Source: an uncultured bacterium (GTDB lineage Bacteria > Krumholzibacteriota > Krumholzibacteriia > Krumholzibacteriales > WJIX01). Taken from it: a DNA stretch of 64,000 nucleotides. Position numbers and translations under genes: made by a program. The DNA is taken from contig CAZKNG010000003.1 in NCBI GenBank assembly GCA_964554125.1, forward strand, positions 2,971 to 66,970, given 5' to 3'. This document shows positions 61,313-64,000 of this stretch, piece after piece. The notes beneath the pieces were generated by a model. It saw nothing but the letters and a program-made list of their open reading frames with translations, ran no database searches and had not been told where the DNA came from. Positions within the stretch are counted from its first letter, which is position 1; each line of letters opens with the position of its first letter.

Positions 61313-62401
61313 TTATTTCCTCATCTGATAGTTTCTTCTTGTATTCTTCTCTCCAAACATCTGTTTAAGCTCTATCGTATCGGGGCTTCTCCTCAGGGCT
61401 TCATTTCTGGCTATTTTCCGGGCAACAGCCGCTCTGTAAAGCGCCTGATTCATTGTCTGCATTCCATGCTTCTGCCCCGCCTGCATAAGCCCGTATATCT
61501 GATGAACCTTGTCATCTCTGATTGTCGCGCTTATTGCCGGAGTGCAAACCATAACTTCAGCCACAAGTACTCTTCCCCTTCCGGATATATGAGGAATAAG
61601 CTGCTGTGTAACAACACCTTTTAAGACAAAAGCCAACTGAGCTCTTACCTGTGACTGCTGAGTCGGAGGGAAATTATCAATTATTCTATTAATAGATTCG
61701 AAGGTGGAGTTTGTATGCAGGGTCGCGAAAGCAAGATGTCCCGTTTCAGCTATTGTCAAAGCGGCCTGCATCGTTTCCCGGTCTCTCATCTCTCCTATTA
61801 GTATTACATCCGGATCCTGACGCAGCACATGCTTAAGTGCCTGAGCAAATGTCTCAGTATCCGCTTTTACTTCCCTCTGATTAACTATACATTTTTTATG
61901 TTTATGTATATATTCGATTGGATCTTCTATTGTAATTACATGCTCTGAGCGTTCACTGTTTATCTTATCAATTATACTGGCAAGGGATGTTGATTTTCCG
62001 CTTCCCGTCGGACCTGTTACCAGAATTAATCCTTTCCTCGATTCAGCAAAATCCTTTACTACGGGCGGAAGACCCAGAGTTTTAAAATCAAGTATTTCAT
62101 ATGGGATTTTCCTGATGGCAATACTTGTTACTCCCCGCTGCTGGTAGACATTCGCCCTAAACCGTGAGAGTCCCTGAATACCAAACGAGAAGTCGAGTTC
62201 CTTGTTATTTTCATATCTCTTCTGTTGATCTTCAGTTAACACACTGTACGCGATCTGTTTGGAAATATCCGGAGTAACAGCATCATACGCGGACGGCACA
62301 ATCTTACCGTCTATTCTGAGAACAGGCGGAGCGCCCGCCGTAATGTGCAGGTCGCTTGCTTTCTTTTCGATCATTTCCTGAAGCAGTGTTCTGAGATTCA
62401 A
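61313..62401 (-). CDS. pilT: Twitching motility retraction ATPase PilT
   Basis: 362 aa with Walker A (GPTGSGKST) and the PilT-type AIRKIPYE and GMQTMNQ motifs. Confidence 0.85.
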   Translation of the reverse strand: MNLRTLLQEMIEKKASDLHITAGAPPVLRIDGKIVPSAYDAVTPDISKQIAYSVLTEDQQKRYENNKELDFSFGIQGLSRFRANVYQQRGVTSIAIRKIPYEILDFKTLGLPPVVKDFAESRKGLILVTGPTGSGKSTSLASIIDKINSERSEHVITIEDPIEYIHKHKKCIVNQREVKADTETFAQALKHVLRQDPDVILIGEMRDRETMQAALTIAETGHLAFATLHTNSTFESINRIIDNFPPTQQSQVRAQLAFVLKGVVTQQLIPHISGRGRVLVAEVMVCTPAISATIRDDKVHQIYGLMQAGQKHGMQTMNQALYRAAVARKIARNEALRRSPDTIELKQMFGEKNTRRNYQMRK

Positions 62402-62428
62402 AATATCCCCTTCTCTTTAAAAATATTT

Positions 62429-63985
62429 TTAATCATCACTTGTTTCCTTCAAAACTTCTTCGACAGAAGTAATACCACTTTTTATTTTATCTACACCGTC
62501 TCTTCTCAAAGTGAACATGCCTTCCTTAACAGCCTGGGTCTTAATCTCAGCGTTTGAAGACCTGTCTAAGATCATTTCCTTTATCCTCCCAGACACAAGC
62601 ATAACTTCATATAATCCTGCTCTTCCTTTGTAGCCTGTGTTGTTGCATCTGGGACATCCAACCGGCTGATAGATCTCAAAATTCGCTTCCTCTTTTTTCA
62701 ACCCGAGCTCTTTGGCCATCTCCGGATGCATTTCAGCTTTTTCCTTGCACTCATTGCATAAACGGCGTACAAGCCTTTGAGCTAATATAAGATTCGTAGA
62801 GCTTGCAACCAGGAAAGGCTCAATCCCCATGTCTATCATTCTGTTTACAGTGCTCGGAGCGTCGTTTGTGTGTAATGTGCTCAGCACAAGGTGCCCGGTA
62901 AGAGCCGCTTTTACCGCTATTGAGCCTGTTTCATGATCTCTTATCTCACCAACCATAACAATATTAGGATCCTGACGCAGAAAAGCCCTCAGAGCTGCAG
63001 CGAAAGTAAGCCCTATCTCCTGATGAACATTAACCTGGTTTATACCATCGAGGTTGTATTCAACCGGATTCTCGGCGGTCATAATATTATGATGCGGTTC
63101 ATTTATTGTGCTTAGAGCGGAATAAAGGGTCGTCGTCTTACCGCTTCCTGTCGGACCGGTTACAAGAACCATCCCGTACGGCGATTTTATCGCTTTAATG
63201 AATTTCTTGTACGAGTTCGGATTAAACCCAAGTTTAGTTAAATCAATCTCAAGGTTGCTCTTATCAAGAATTCTCATTACAATTTTTTCTCCGAATATTG
63301 TCGGAAGTGTACTAACACGAAGATCGATCTTCTTTGACGCGATACGAATCTTTATACGGCCGTCCTGAGGTACTCTTTTCTCCGCAATATCGAGTTCCGC
63401 CATAATTTTCAGCCTGGATGTGATAGCATTCTTCATCCTGTAGGGTGGAGACATCACTTCATGAAGAACGCCGTCAATTCTGAACCTGACCCTCACTTTC
63501 TTTTCGAAGGGCTCTATATGAATATCACTTGCGTTCTTGTTAACCGCGTCTGCAATAAGGGAATTGACCAATTTAACAACAGGAGCATTGGCATTCTGCG
63601 CGTCTTCCAGCCCCAGATCCTCATCCTCTTGTTCTTCGACAATCTCAAAATCTTCTTCCATGTCGCGCATCACTTCATCAAGCGAATCAGCTGAATCATA
63701 GAAGCGGTCTATAGTCTTTTTTATTGAACTCTCTGTTGCTACCACCGGACGAACTTCAAGTCCGGTAATAAATTTAATATCATCTATCGCGAAAATATTA
63801 TCAGGGTTGGACATCGCGACTGTTAACGTTCTTCCATCGCGCCTTACGGGTACAACCTGAAATTTAGTGGCAACCTCGGCAGGGATCAATTCCACAGCCT
63901 GTTCATCCGCCTCGATATCTTCCAGAGCAATTGCCTCTACCTGATAAAGCTGTGAAAGAAATTCTGAGAGCATTTTTTCCGACAA
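62429..63985 (-). CDS. pilB: Type IV pilus assembly (extension) ATPase PilB (GspE family)
   Basis: It has the GspE N1 domain (…LIPAEVATKFQVVPVRRDGRTLTVAMSNPDN…), Walker A (GPTGSGKTT) and a tetra-Cys zinc motif (CNEC…CPRC). The track's start is a TTG at 63985. The frame stays open to the window edge, so the N-terminus may be truncated by the window. Confidence 0.85.
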   Translation of the reverse strand: MSEKMLSEFLSQLYQVEAIALEDIEADEQAVELIPAEVATKFQVVPVRRDGRTLTVAMSNPDNIFAIDDIKFITGLEVRPVVATESSIKKTIDRFYDSADSLDEVMRDMEEDFEIVEEQEDEDLGLEDAQNANAPVVKLVNSLIADAVNKNASDIHIEPFEKKVRVRFRIDGVLHEVMSPPYRMKNAITSRLKIMAELDIAEKRVPQDGRIKIRIASKKIDLRVSTLPTIFGEKIVMRILDKSNLEIDLTKLGFNPNSYKKFIKAIKSPYGMVLVTGPTGSGKTTTLYSALSTINEPHHNIMTAENPVEYNLDGINQVNVHQEIGLTFAAALRAFLRQDPNIVMVGEIRDHETGSIAVKAALTGHLVLSTLHTNDAPSTVNRMIDMGIEPFLVASSTNLILAQRLVRRLCNECKEKAEMHPEMAKELGLKKEEANFEIYQPVGCPRCNNTGYKGRAGLYEVMLVSGRIKEMILDRSSNAEIKTQAVKEGMFTLRRDGVDKIKSGITSVEEVLKETSDD

Positions 63986-64000
63986 CGCGCCTATTTTTAC

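Overview
This window is a chromosomal segment of a low-GC, Gram-negative (diderm) bacterium with no rRNA/tRNA genes, CRISPR arrays, integrases or transposases that I could see. It has three main parts.

(1) Positions 1-10.9 kb are an AT-rich surface-glycan/LPS-core island on the minus strand: a partial LicD-family gene, a TagB/TagF-like CDP-glycerol glycerophosphotransferase, two GT9 heptosyltransferases, a GT4 and a GT2. It is followed on the plus strand by a DUF1015 gene and a B12-binding radical SAM gene overlapping a GT2 gene.

(2) The middle region (11-46 kb) holds housekeeping and envelope genes. These include an outer-membrane porin behind a palindromic operator, a secreted C69 dipeptidase, and a 2-hydroxyacid dehydrogenase. 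Next come a THUMP RNA methyltransferase, a double-SIS protein next to a large hexapeptide-repeat DUF4954-like protein, and a lipoprotein plus FadL-like outer-membrane protein pair. The conserved block yceD-rpmF-plsX-fabH-fabD-fabG-acpP-fabF-rnc is here, as are ndk and a COG2403-like P-loop protein. The ADP-heptose genes are split into rfaE1 and rfaE2. Then follow DUF3467, lpxL-like acyltransferase coupled to a DUF362/ferredoxin gene, dprA, MscS, an orphan histidine ammonia-lyase, a secreted serpin, obg, a GlcD-like FAD oxidase, an aminotransferase, coaD and rsmD.

(3) Positions 46-64 kb are a complete type IVa pilus cluster on the minus strand in a Myxococcus-like order: pilB-pilT-pilC-pilS-pilR-pilA, then an AAA+ DUF4143 gene, an ABC ATPase, an ABC-2 permease and a TPR gene, then pilD-pilM-pilN-pilO-pilP-pilQ. 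GG-N10-GC sigma-54 promoters are readable directly in the sequence upstream of pilA, the ABC transporter and pilM, and hairpin-plus-T-tract terminators follow pilA and pilQ.

No canonical defence system was recognised. The most unusual candidates are the radical-SAM/GT2 pair with its 500-bp structured leader containing a 35-aa Cys-bearing small ORF, the ABC transporter embedded in the pilus cluster, and several domain-of-unknown-function proteins in envelope operons. All family assignments come from motif recognition in the translated ORFs, not from database searches.
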